Shown here: positions 8,948 to 18,782 of the stretch, piece after piece
Layout of the letters: every line of letters starts with the position of its first letter
How positions within the stretch are numbered: position 1 is the stretch's first letter
Assembly: GCA_963835065.1 (NCBI GenBank)
Contig: CAWIEK010000063.1
Span: forward strand, 1-64,000
DNA length: 64,000 nucleotides
Reading direction: 5' to 3'
Origin: an uncultured Chthonomonadaceae bacterium
Lineage (GTDB): Bacteria; Armatimonadota; Chthonomonadetes; Chthonomonadales; Chthonomonadaceae
Notes under the pieces: generated by a model
What the model was told of the DNA's origin: nothing
Seen by the model: only the letters and a program-made list of their open reading frames with translations
Database searches by the model: none
Translations under genes and position numbers: made by a program

Positions 8948-10876
8948 TTACGGCATCAGCGCGCCGCCCACGGGGGGCAGTCCGCCCGCGCCGCCTGCGC
9001 CGGGAGCCGCCAGGCCACCGCCGACACCGCCGCCCGCGCCCACGCTGCTGGGACGCTCCGGGATAATCGTCGGCGTGATGAAGACGACCAGTTCCGAGTC
9101 GTCTGTCGTGACGTTGCGCGAACGGAACAGCGTCCCGATCAAGGGCAGATCGCCCAGCAGCGGCACTTTGTTGGTGGAAACGTTGTCGCGCTTGCGGGTC
9201 AGGCCGGCAATGACCATCGAGTCGCCGTTGCGCACGATGCGCGTAATGGTAACGGGCTGCGTAATGGTAATCGGGATCGTGCCGCCGGACGGGTTGGTAA
9301 TCGTGCCGGTAACGTCGCTGAAGACGACCTGGCCGAAGAGCGTGATGGAATCATCGCCGTTGATGCGCGGCGTGACGTTGAGTTGCACCGTGACCGGAAC
9401 CGTCTGAATGGTCGAGGTGACGGCGCTTTGCCCGTTGGCCGTCAGCACCGCGCCCGACAGAATGACCGGGATTAGCTGCTGACTGGTGAAGTTGGCGGCA
9501 ACGCCGTTGAGGGTTGTGGCGAGGGGCGACGCGACGACTTTGCCTCGGCCCTGCGTGAGAATAAAGCTCAACTGCGCTTGCAGGTTGCCCGTCGCATACT
9601 GCACAAACGCGGTATTGGCCGTTTGATAGCCGATGTTCGCGCCCGCCAGCAGGTTCACTTTGGTAAAGTTGAAGTTGAGGCCGAAAGAGTTGACGTCGTT
9701 CTGCGTGACCGTGACGAATTCCGCCTTGATTTGAATCTGGCGCGGCTTTACATCCAGCACTTGCAGCACCTGCTGCAGGTTGGCAATCTGAACCGGGTCG
9801 TCATAGCGCAGCACGAGCGAGTTATCCGCGTCAAGCGCGAAAATGTCTTGTGAGGAGATACCCTGCAGGAAGCCCTGCGCGGCTCCGAAGCCGGGGGCGT
9901 TGTTCTGTCCCGTGCCGCCTGTGCCGCCCGGCTGTCCAAGTCCTCCGCCGCCACCAAAAGCGCCCTGTCCTCTGCCGAATTCGCTGAAGTTACGGGAATC
10001 GCGATTGGCATTCTGGTCGCCATTCGCGCCATTGGCTCCAAAGTTGCCGCCGGAATTATTGCCGGAGTTGTTTCCAAAATTGTTGCCGGGCGCGGCGGAA
10101 TTTCCGCCGTTGTTCCCGCCGGGCTGGAGTGAGCCGCCGTTGGCGCGGTTGGAAAGCGGGTTGCTGCCGTTGATGGGCGCGCTGGGGCCGACCTGCGGGC
10201 CGGCGTTGGGAACCTGCGGATTGATCGGGCCGGCTCCGTAGGGCAGAACCGTAATGCCGCCGCCGGAATTACCGTTGCTGCTGAAGTAGGGGCGCGGGTA
10301 CATGGCTTCGATGAACTGGCGGTTGGACGCGATTTCAAACTGCTCATCGGGATCGAGGGCGTCGGAGGGAGCCAGTCCCAACATGCGCAGCATGCGCTTG
10401 GGCGGCGTGTACTTGAGATAAAACTTTTCGTATTTCAATACGCGCTGCGCGGGCGGAGCCACGTTGTCCTGCGCCGTTGCGACAAGCGGCGGCGTCACGA
10501 CATGGGGCGCGCTGCCGATGGGGCCGATGAAGTAGGTTCCATGCTCCTGCCACAGTTCCGCGCCCGCCGACTGCGCGATGATCTTGAGCGCTTCGGAAAC
10601 GGGCTTGCGCGAAATAGAAACCTGGACGCGCCGGTAATCGCCGGGCATCAGCACGTAATCCACATGGGTCTGCTGGCCGACCAGCCGCAAGGCGATGGGC
10701 AGGGGCGTATCCACCAGGTCTACGTTTTTCAGCTGCGCTTCCAGAGCGCCCGTGTCGTCTGCCGACGTCGCGTTCTGCGCGCGAGTCACGGCGCTGCCCA
10801 CCATCAACAGCGACGCGCCTGCCACAGCGGTCGTCGCCAGGCGGCGTTTCCGCCGACTCAAACGTTGCAAGCTCAT
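8948..10876 (-). CDS. pilQ: secretin (PilQ/GspD family)
   Basis: LDVKPRQIQIKAEFV; L.VTPRIN; VRNGDSMVIAGL; KVPLLGDLPLIGTLFRS; ELVVFITPTII; last gene of the pilM operon. Confidence 0.88.
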   Translation of the reverse strand: MSLQRLSRRKRRLATTAVAGASLLMVGSAVTRAQNATSADDTGALEAQLKNVDLVDTPLPIALRLVGQQTHVDYVLMPGDYRRVQVSISRKPVSEALKIIAQSAGAELWQEHGTYFIGPIGSAPHVVTPPLVATAQDNVAPPAQRVLKYEKFYLKYTPPKRMLRMLGLAPSDALDPDEQFEIASNRQFIEAMYPRPYFSSNGNSGGGITVLPYGAGPINPQVPNAGPQVGPSAPINGSNPLSNRANGGSLQPGGNNGGNSAAPGNNFGNNSGNNSGGNFGANGANGDQNANRDSRNFSEFGRGQGAFGGGGGLGQPGGTGGTGQNNAPGFGAAQGFLQGISSQDIFALDADNSLVLRYDDPVQIANLQQVLQVLDVKPRQIQIKAEFVTVTQNDVNSFGLNFNFTKVNLLAGANIGYQTANTAFVQYATGNLQAQLSFILTQGRGKVVASPLATTLNGVAANFTSQQLIPVILSGAVLTANGQSAVTSTIQTVPVTVQLNVTPRINGDDSITLFGQVVFSDVTGTITNPSGGTIPITITQPVTITRIVRNGDSMVIAGLTRKRDNVSTNKVPLLGDLPLIGTLFRSRNVTTDDSELVVFITPTIIPERPSSVGAGGGVGGGLAAPGAGGAGGLPPVGGALMP

Positions 10877-11275
10877 ACCAGTCTCCCTTACGCCGCGCCG
10901 AACATGCGGGCGGGCGCTTCTTGTTGCATGGATCTATCAAACAGAGGCATTTGTACCTAAGACGTACTTAAAATGGCTGTCAGTTCGCTTTACACGGGCG
11001 AACCGGCTTATTTTGCCGCAACCGGAATTGCATGGAACGGCGAAAGGCACACGAAGACGGCTTTCCTTGATGCAACAACAGCAGGATTGCACAGCAAAGG
11101 AACGGACACCGCGAGGAAACGCGCCGCAGAAGCGCGTCACGGCAGAAATCTTGGAAGGTCAAAACAAGGCAATCAAACCGAGGGCACAGAGTGGGAAGGA
11201 GCAAAGCCCCTTCCCATTTCCGCACAAATTCTCAACTCGCGCACAATCAACTACGAACTTTCGACTGGTAACCGC

Positions 11276-12058
11276 TTAGAAGCCGCGGCCACCGCCGCCG
11301 CCACCGCCGAGGCCGCCGCTGATGCCGCCGCCAAAGCCACCGCCGCCGCTGCCGCCAAAGCCACCGCCACCGCTGCCGCCGAAGCCGCCACCACCACTGC
11401 CACCGAAGCCGCCGCCGCCAAAGCCACCGCCACCACCACCAAGTCCACCGCCGAAGCCGCCGCCGCCGAAGCCGCCACCGCCGCCGGTGCCTCCCAGACC
11501 GCCACCCTGCTGCTGCTGCCCCACAATGGAGGGAATGATCTGCGCTTTGAGCAGGCTCGCAATGTAGAAGGAGTTGTAGTGGATTTCACCTGTCGAGCCG
11601 AAGAACTTGCGGTACTTCAACAGGTTGCTTTTCGGCTCGTCAGGTGTCGGCTCCACGCCTGTGGTATCGCCTGGATCGATTTTCTTTTCAATGATGGAGT
11701 AGACGCCGCCTTCCACCTTGTACGTCAGGGGAACCTGCGAGTTCACGCTTTTCAGCAGCAAGTCCAGCGCGCTGCGGAACGGGATGTTGGTCAGTTTTGC
11801 CGTCACCGACAGTTGCCGCAGGCTGGGATCAAGAATATAGTTGCCCTTGATCTGCACAAACAGCAACTTCAGCGCCGAGTACAGGTCGGCGTTCTCCAGG
11901 TCCAGATTAATCGGCTTGTTGGACGCTTCGCTGCCACTGGCCGGGTCGTTGCCCGGAAGCTGCGCGTCCTGCCCTTGAGCGGACGCGGGCATGGCGAGCG
12001 CGCCCAACGCCGTGAGCGATACACAGGCCACGCCAAACAATCCATAACGTGTTTTCAA
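11276..12058 (-). CDS. secreted STN/secretin-N-like domain protein with Gly-rich tail
   Basis: signal peptide; INLDLENADLYSALKLLF...YILDP...AKLTNIPFRSALDLLL; GGAGGAG RBS before TTG 12058. Confidence 0.7.
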   Translation of the reverse strand: MKTRYGLFGVACVSLTALGALAMPASAQGQDAQLPGNDPASGSEASNKPINLDLENADLYSALKLLFVQIKGNYILDPSLRQLSVTAKLTNIPFRSALDLLLKSVNSQVPLTYKVEGGVYSIIEKKIDPGDTTGVEPTPDEPKSNLLKYRKFFGSTGEIHYNSFYIASLLKAQIIPSIVGQQQQGGGLGGTGGGGGFGGGGFGGGLGGGGGGFGGGGFGGSGGGGFGGSGGGGFGGSGGGGFGGGISGGLGGGGGGGRGF

Positions 12059-12435
12059 TGGTTTCTCCTCCTCGGGTGAGCCGCGTATTCGCAAAAGCGC
12101 GCGACCTGTTTCCTGCAAAGTCCGGTTTGTTACCGCTTACGCTCGTTCCGCATCGGTTTGGGAAACGCGCCGCTCCGGCAATTGGTGAACGCGGGCGAGT
12201 GAAAGCCTCGCCGCTGCTTTGGGAACGCGCTTACGCCTCTGGCTGTTCCAAAATTTGGAACGGCAGGCATTATGGCGAAACGCGCCGCGCTTTAGACGTT
12301 CAGGTTCCCGGGTTGGTTACATAGTCGGTTGATTATACCAGAGACCGCGTTGGTTTTCCTGCTTGTTTGGACGACAAAAAGGACAAATTTTGAGAAAAGT
12401 TCTCATTTTGTCCTTTTTGCTCGGATTCACCGCAT

Positions 12436-13491
12436 TTAGTCGCTGCCGCCGGCTTTACGCCGCCGCCACCGCCCGGGGCTCAGGCCGGGGCGTTGCCTGC
12501 CGCCGCCGCTGCCGCCAAAGCCGCCGCTGCCTGCCGGTCCGCCGCTGCCGCCCGGAAAGCCGCCCCGGTTCCCGCCACGCCCGCCGAACAATCCGCCTGA
12601 ATTGGATTGCTGGCTGTTTGACGCATCCGTCAGGGGAACAATCTGGGTGCGAATGACGTTGCCGTCCTTGCGCTGCAATTTCACGCTGTCGCTGCTAATG
12701 GACGCCACGCGGTAGCCGTCCGGGGTCATGCTGCCGGGCTTGACGATGACCGGGTCGCCACCCTCCGCGCTTTCCAGAATCGCGAACACGCCATCCCCGC
12801 TCATGATGCCCGACACGCGCCGGGTCGCCAATTCGCGTATGTTGACTTCACCCGGCGGGGGAACTTCCACTTCGGCGCTTGCCAGGCGCATAGGCTGAAT
12901 GCTGTCGAATACATAAGGAGGCGGCGGCACTTTATGCCAGGTCACTTTGAACGGATCAAGTTCGGGATGCTTCTGGATGGAAGCGATCTTGGTTCCGGGC
13001 ACACCGGGCGTACCGGGCGCAGCCGGTGTTCCCGGAGCCGCGGGAGTTCCCGGAGCCGCCGGTGTTCCCTGCGCGGGAGCAGGGCCGCCGCCCAAAGTGC
13101 CGGCTGCCGGGGGCGCAGCGGGCGTCACGCCCCCCGGCGCTCCGGTTCCGTTAGGCGTTCCTTTGGCCCCGGCCATTTTGCCGTTGTCGCCCTTGCTCTT
13201 GGCCTGCATCTTATCCCCGGCCTTGCCCCCGCCCTGGGGCGAGAACGGGTCGGCTTTGCCATTGCCGCCCTTGCCTGCGGCTTGCGCGTCCTTGCCCGCG
13301 CCCGGCGCTCCGGGCGCTCCCGGCGCAGGCTTGGCGCCCATACCCGGCGCTCCGGCGGCAGGCTTCGTGGGACGCGCCGGCACGGCAGCGGGAGTGGTAT
13401 CCGCGCTTTCCGCGTCATCTTTATGGCAGCCGGTCAACACCAGCGCGGCTATCACGCCCCCCGCTAACAAAATCGGACTGTTTTTCAGCAT
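12436..13491 (-). CDS. lipoprotein in PilP position of pilus operon
   Basis: lipobox LTGC; DPF motif; RVSGIM..DGV.AILE...VKPG...GYRV.SI beta domain; synteny. Confidence 0.6.
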   Translation of the reverse strand: MLKNSPILLAGGVIAALVLTGCHKDDAESADTTPAAVPARPTKPAAGAPGMGAKPAPGAPGAPGAGKDAQAAGKGGNGKADPFSPQGGGKAGDKMQAKSKGDNGKMAGAKGTPNGTGAPGGVTPAAPPAAGTLGGGPAPAQGTPAAPGTPAAPGTPAAPGTPGVPGTKIASIQKHPELDPFKVTWHKVPPPPYVFDSIQPMRLASAEVEVPPPGEVNIRELATRRVSGIMSGDGVFAILESAEGGDPVIVKPGSMTPDGYRVASISSDSVKLQRKDGNVIRTQIVPLTDASNSQQSNSGGLFGGRGGNRGGFPGGSGGPAGSGGFGGSGGGRQRPGLSPGRWRRRKAGGSD

Positions 13492-13632
13492 GTCAGAACA
13501 CCTTTACTCTTAACGCTTGCAATGCGAGTGGAAGCGCGTTCCACGTTCCTGTTCCAATGTCTAAAGGAGCAGTCGCTGAAAGTTCGTAGTTCCTGCATCC
13601 CTATCAACTACGAACTATCAACTATCAACTCG

Positions 13633-14499
13633 TTAGTCGGTAGAGCCTTTGCCGCCACCGCCGCCGATAGAGCCGCCCTGGGGCGCTAACTTGCCCTTGC
13701 CGCCGCCGCCACCACCGCCAAGCGCGGCGGGCGCGCCGACGGGAGCCGCTCCCGCCGCGCCTGCGCCGGAGGGATCAATCATCGGGTCTTTCACCGGCGG
13801 CTTGCTGCGCGGAATGATGTACAGCGCCATATCGTAAGCCAGCAGCAGATTGGGCGTTTGCCCCGAAAGGGCTACCTTGTCAATCACAGGCATTCCATGC
13901 AGTTGCATGTTGTTGAAGCGGCGCAGATGGGCCAGCGCGTCATTGAAGGTTTTGCACTCCACTTTCACAGACCAGGGCTTGCCGTCTTCCGGGAAGGTGA
14001 GATGGCCGTTGAGCGCGTTCGTCAACTGGTTGGGGTCGGCGGAAAACTCCTTGATGGGAAATTCCGTGCCCGGCACACGTGACACGCCACTGTTCCGCTG
14101 CGCATCGTACCACCCCGTCACCCATTGCCCCCAGACGGTGGGAATGTCGCGGAAGCCCAGCAATTGTCCCTTGCTGCTTTTCCCGACAGGCGGAAAAAAA
14201 TACAGTTCAAGGTCGTTGGTTTTTTCGTTGTACGGCAGGAGCGGCATGTATTTGTTTTCGTTGACGGACCACTTGGCTTTGGTAGTCGCCGCGTCCGCTT
14301 TGGTTTTAGCGAGTTCCTTGACTTTTTGATCAATCGCCGCCTGGGTGCCGCCCGCGTCCTGCGTGGATTTTACGGAACCCGTCGTGGTTTCCAGTTCCTC
14401 ATTTTTGGGCTTGACAAGCATGTACCAGAGAATGCCGGCCAGCAGCAGCCCAATCACAGCGCCAATGATATTGATGTGAAGCAATGTTAATTTTGACAT
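13633..14499 (-). CDS. PilO-position bitopic membrane protein
   Basis: N-terminal TM, coiled coil, position between pilN and pilP-like genes. Confidence 0.55.
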   Translation of the reverse strand: MSKLTLLHINIIGAVIGLLLAGILWYMLVKPKNEELETTTGSVKSTQDAGGTQAAIDQKVKELAKTKADAATTKAKWSVNENKYMPLLPYNEKTNDLELYFFPPVGKSSKGQLLGFRDIPTVWGQWVTGWYDAQRNSGVSRVPGTEFPIKEFSADPNQLTNALNGHLTFPEDGKPWSVKVECKTFNDALAHLRRFNNMQLHGMPVIDKVALSGQTPNLLLAYDMALYIIPRSKPPVKDPMIDPSGAGAAGAAPVGAPAALGGGGGGGKGKLAPQGGSIGGGGGKGSTD

Positions 14500-14502
14500 G
14501 AC

Positions 14503-15444
14503 TTACTCCCTTCCTGCCGAACCCACTGCGCCGGCTCCACCAGACCCCGGGCCACCAGACCCAGGCCCACCGGAACCGGGGAAAGCGCCTGGCCCAGTCG
14601 CGTTCCCGCCGCCTCCTCCGCCCGCCGGCCATATCGGAGCGTTCGCGATCCCTTTTGCCAGCGGGTCACGCAGCGTGGCGCGCACAACAAAGTTGACGCC
14701 GGACTTGCCTTCGATGTCCGTCGGCCCAACGCCCTCAGCGGCTGCCCCGCCGCCCGCGCCGGGAAAGCCACCCGAACCACCGAACCCGCCGAAACTGCCC
14801 GGACGCCAAAGCCGCCATCCGCCCGGGCCGCCGGAACCTCCCGACAGGCCAATGGAAGGTCCTTTACCGCCTCCGAAACCGCCGGATCCGGGGAAACCGC
14901 CCGGCCCGCCCGAACCCGGAGCGCCACCCGGCCCATTCGCCGATGCCGGCGCGAAAGGATGCGTGGGAATTTGCATCACCACGTTGTCGAAAATGTCCGT
15001 GTGTTTCTTCAGATCAATCCACCAGTGCGCGATGACCATTTCATTGGGCGCGAAGGCCGTCATGGTGAGGGTTCTGTGATCCGCGCCAATCGCCATGCTT
15101 TTGAGCAGGACATCCTTGCTGGTCACGTCGCGCATCAGTTCAAACGTGTCCGGCCAGGCCTGATTGTAGGTCTGCGCGTCCGCGATGAACTTCTGCTTGG
15201 TTTCGGTTTCCGCGATCTGGTTCTTGACGCCGCCGATTGCCGATACCTGGGCGTCGTACTTGGATTTATAGCCGTTCGCCTTTTCCAGGTCGGCTTTGGC
15301 GGCGTCCACGTTCTTCTGAATGTTGGACGATATGACGCCGAAGACGACGATCACCCCGACAATGACGGCTACCCAAAACAGGGTCAGTTTGGGCTTGCGG
15401 CCACGCTCATTAATGTAATTGGGCAGTAGGTTAATGGGTAACAT
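14503..15444 (-). CDS. pilN: type IV pilus assembly protein PilN
   Basis: N-terminal INLLP motif, TM, coiled coil; directly downstream of pilM. Confidence 0.8.
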   Translation of the reverse strand: MLPINLLPNYINERGRKPKLTLFWVAVIVGVIVVFGVISSNIQKNVDAAKADLEKANGYKSKYDAQVSAIGGVKNQIAETETKQKFIADAQTYNQAWPDTFELMRDVTSKDVLLKSMAIGADHRTLTMTAFAPNEMVIAHWWIDLKKHTDIFDNVVMQIPTHPFAPASANGPGGAPGSGGPGGFPGSGGFGGGKGPSIGLSGGSGGPGGWRLWRPGSFGGFGGSGGFPGAGGGAAAEGVGPTDIEGKSGVNFVVRATLRDPLAKGIANAPIWPAGGGGGGNATGPGAFPGSGGPGSGGPGSGGAGAVGSAGRE

Positions 15445-15528
15445 GCACTGTCTCCCCGACAAAAACGCGCCGAAGGTTCGGCCTCGTAGAACTTGCGAAA
15501 ATGGTGTTTGGAAATAGCCGTTGGCGCT

Positions 15529-17151
15529 TTAGGCGGCTGTCGCTGCCGCCTGCTTACCCTTGGGCGCTTTCGGCGCTTTGGGCGGCTTGGGCGCTTTGCC
15601 CGGCTTGCCTTTTTTCATGGCGTTGGCGGGCGGGGCGATTAAGGGATACGCGCCCAATCCGATGCTGACCGGGAACAGCACGGCAATGTCCTGCAGGTAA
15701 TCCGGCGATTGGTTTTTCGCAATCACATTCATGGTTTCCAAAGGATTGCCGATGCGGGCGGGAATACCCAACTGCTCTTCCAGAAACGGGGCCATGTTGC
15801 GCAGTTTGGCCGAGCCGCCCACAATCACCATTTCATGGATGGGCGCGTCACCCGTCTTGTTGCGGTAATAATCTATGGAGCGGCGGATTTCCTGCACCAG
15901 TTCGGCAAGGATGGGCGCAATGGCGTTGAATACGTTGATACGCATGGCTTCGCGGCCCGGATCGCCCGTCGGCGCGGCAACCGGCAGATTCGGGTCTGCA
16001 AACGGCATCGGGTCCGGCGCGGCATACGCGGTTGCGCCTGGGTTCGCAAAATCCGGCGTTGCGGGCGGCGTAAAGAAACCCGTCGCTTCGGGCGCGTTTT
16101 GAACCGGGTCCAGGCCAACGCCGGTCAAGTTATGCTGGTCGGCTTCGCCGCTGCTGAAGTCGAACGGCGTAGCGGCAGGCGGGGGCGGCGCTTCGCCCGG
16201 CGTGGAAAAGTCGAAGGGCATGCGCCCGGACGGCGAGGACGTGGGGCCGGTTCCGGGAACCGGAGCCGCCGGGTCAACGGGCAGGGGCGCAGGCTGGGCG
16301 GGATCGGTAAAGTCCATAAAGCCGCCGGGAGCGCCGAAGTCACCACCGCCGAAACCACCGCCCGCGCCACCAAATTGGTCGAAAGCCTGCGGCGCGGCCT
16401 GTCCCATGATTACTTCGCCCACGTCGCGCTTCATCTGCTCGGCTGTGGCAAGATCAACATGCAGTTCGTTGGCGATGGCGCGGGTAAAGTTGTCGCCGGC
16501 CAGGCTCAGGGTGCGCGGAAAGGCCAGCAGTTTGTCCCGGAAAATGGAGACGTCCGTGTTGCTCGCGCCGATATTGATAATCGCTACCGTGTGTCCCGGC
16601 GCCTGCGCGGTGGAGGGAATGGTCAGCAGCGCGCGTCCCGCCGCGAGCGGCTCTACGTCAATGGCTTTGGGCTTCAATCCCGCCTTGAACAGCATCTCGA
16701 CGTGGCGGTCAATCATTTCCTGCTGCGCGACGGCGAGGCATACTTCCATGTTCTGCCCATCGCCGTAGCCTTCGGGACGCGTAATGGGCTGGTAGTCCAT
16801 AACCACTTCGCTGGCATTGAAGGGAACCTGGCGCTCCACTTCCCACTTCATCGTTTCGGCGAGTTCCGCCGCGTTCATCTGTGGCACGTCAATCACGCGC
16901 ACGACGACGGCGGATTGTCCCGATACGCTGCTGATGACGTCCCCGCCGCCGATGCCGGCTTTTTTGAGCAACGCCTTGACCGCCTGCGCCAGCATTTGCG
17001 GGTCAATGATCGCGCTGTTTTCAAAGGCTTCTTGGGGCGTGGGCGCAACATCTAAAGACACGACTTCGATGCCTTTGCTCCCTTTGCGCACAGAAGCAAC
17101 CTTGATGAGATTGGAACCGATGTCCAAACCGATGTAGGAACCGCCTGCCAT
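15529..17151 (-). CDS. pilM: type IV pilus assembly protein PilM
   Basis: IGLDIGSNLIKV; KWEVERQVPF; AGLKPKAIDVEPLA; INIGASNT; EIRRSIDYY; long Pro/Phe-rich insertion. Confidence 0.93.
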   Translation of the reverse strand: MAGGSYIGLDIGSNLIKVASVRKGSKGIEVVSLDVAPTPQEAFENSAIIDPQMLAQAVKALLKKAGIGGGDVISSVSGQSAVVVRVIDVPQMNAAELAETMKWEVERQVPFNASEVVMDYQPITRPEGYGDGQNMEVCLAVAQQEMIDRHVEMLFKAGLKPKAIDVEPLAAGRALLTIPSTAQAPGHTVAIINIGASNTDVSIFRDKLLAFPRTLSLAGDNFTRAIANELHVDLATAEQMKRDVGEVIMGQAAPQAFDQFGGAGGGFGGGDFGAPGGFMDFTDPAQPAPLPVDPAAPVPGTGPTSSPSGRMPFDFSTPGEAPPPPAATPFDFSSGEADQHNLTGVGLDPVQNAPEATGFFTPPATPDFANPGATAYAAPDPMPFADPNLPVAAPTGDPGREAMRINVFNAIAPILAELVQEIRRSIDYYRNKTGDAPIHEMVIVGGSAKLRNMAPFLEEQLGIPARIGNPLETMNVIAKNQSPDYLQDIAVLFPVSIGLGAYPLIAPPANAMKKGKPGKAPKPPKAPKAPKGKQAAATAA

Positions 17152-17708
17152 GATTTGCTATCCTTAATTGTGGCTGCTATGGTGGCTGCCGCGTTCGGGC
17201 GTTCGGGAAAAGAGCGCCGGACGGGTCAGCGGGCATACGTTGGGAAATTTCGCGTTTCTGGTTTCATCCGAGTGGCGACGGGACGTCGGCAATCTGACCG
17301 ACAGGACGCCGACAATGCAGGGTATCGGATGCGGAATCACCGCCGCGCAGGAGGTCTGGAAAGCGCGTACAGGCGAGTGGTGGGTCTTTTGGGTACAACA
17401 CATCTTCATTGTATCCGTTTTGAACGCGCCTGTCAACTCCCCACCTGCCGCAGAACGGTATTTTTCACCGCCTGCCTGCAAAAACGCCGCGCCCCGCTGC
17501 GTCCCTTGCTATTCCTACCTCTTTTGTTGCGTATTACAGGCAAAGGGTTCACGCGCGTATTGGCCCTCAACCCCTAACCCTTAATCTGAAAGATGGGTAT
17601 TCAGGTGTTCGGGCATTTCCATACGGAGTGGCGAACGCAGTTCATAGAATTCTCTCTAAAGTTGGGAGCGGGGAACCTATGAAATAGATTCTTAAATTGA
17701 GCGAAACC

Positions 17709-18590
17709 ATGCTGACCTACAAGAAAATCACAAAAATCAAGCGTGTGCCCGTCCACACCACTGTTTACAATTTTCATGTGCCCGGCACGGAATCCTACCT
17801 TGCCAACGGCATTGTGACGCACAACTGTTACGTTAGCCGGCGGAAGGGCGCGGCGAACCCGATTACCACGTTTGTCAATATCGAGCAGATTTGCGGCTAC
17901 CTGGCGCGTCATGCGATGCGGCAGGGGGCAAAAACCGAACCTACGATGGCCGACGCGCATTTGTGGACGTATGAACTCGGAACCAACAGCGACTGCGCCG
18001 CCGACGCGCTGGTATCCGACAACATCAAAGACCTTGTCGCCCTGTACCGAACGCTTCCCAACGCCAAAGCGACGTTTGCCACCAAGTACGTCAACCGCGA
18101 CCTGCTCGGCTACGATCCGCAGGGCAAAACTCGGCTGCGCTTCAGCCTGATGCCGCCCCATGTCGCCAAAGTGGTGGATGTTCGCACATCTAAAGTGATT
18201 GACCGCATTACTGCCATCAATGATTTCGTGGAAGCCGGGTACGAAGTGAACGTCAACTTCGCGCCCGTGATTGTGTACGACGGCTGGCTGGAAGATTACG
18301 CGGAACTGTTTGTGATGCTCGACGACCATCTCAGCCCGCGCGCCAAACAGCAAATGGCGGCGGAAGTGGCGTTTCTGACCCACAATGAGGAACTGCACGA
18401 GGTCAACCTGGGCTGGCATCCCAAAGGGGAGGAATGGCTGTGGATGCCGGAAATTCAGGAAACCAAAATCTCCGGCACGGGCGGCAAGAACCTGCGCTAC
18501 AAGGTGAAACTCAAGCGGAAGTGGGTTGAGCAGTTCTGCGCCCTGCTGCGCGGAAAACTGCCCTACTGTCCCATCCGCTACGCCTTTTGA
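17709..18590 (+). CDS. C-terminal part of a spore photoproduct lyase-family radical SAM protein, preceded by a 39-aa intein C-fragment
   Basis: MLTYKKITKIKRVPVHTTVYNFHVPGTESYLANGIVTHN|CYVSRRKGAANPITTFVNIE; YELGTNSDC, FATKYVN, RLRFSLMP, AGYEVNVNFAPVI, CPIRYAF; in-frame TAG at 17685. Confidence 0.85.
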   Translation: MLTYKKITKIKRVPVHTTVYNFHVPGTESYLANGIVTHNCYVSRRKGAANPITTFVNIEQICGYLARHAMRQGAKTEPTMADAHLWTYELGTNSDCAADALVSDNIKDLVALYRTLPNAKATFATKYVNRDLLGYDPQGKTRLRFSLMPPHVAKVVDVRTSKVIDRITAINDFVEAGYEVNVNFAPVIVYDGWLEDYAELFVMLDDHLSPRAKQQMAAEVAFLTHNEELHEVNLGWHPKGEEWLWMPEIQETKISGTGGKNLRYKVKLKRKWVEQFCALLRGKLPYCPIRYAF

Positions 18591-18782
18591 GGAAAGGAAA
18601 GAAGATGGTTAAAGATGCTGTAGGGGGATGCAACTACAAAGCGGAAGGCCATGAGCCGATGTAAATGAAAGCAGGAAGTATCTTCCCGCATGCGGAATAC
18701 TGTTGCCAGAACCGCCCACAAAGCGCTTGCACTCGAACTCCTCATCTAAATGGAGTTCACGTCACCGAGTTAGGAAATAAGA

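Noticed and set aside
17155..17584. ORFs between pilM and the intein-C gene as the missing N-extein/IntN
   Set aside because: No SPL N-terminal, CxxxCxY or Hint-N motifs in the listed frames; more likely a divergent promoter region.
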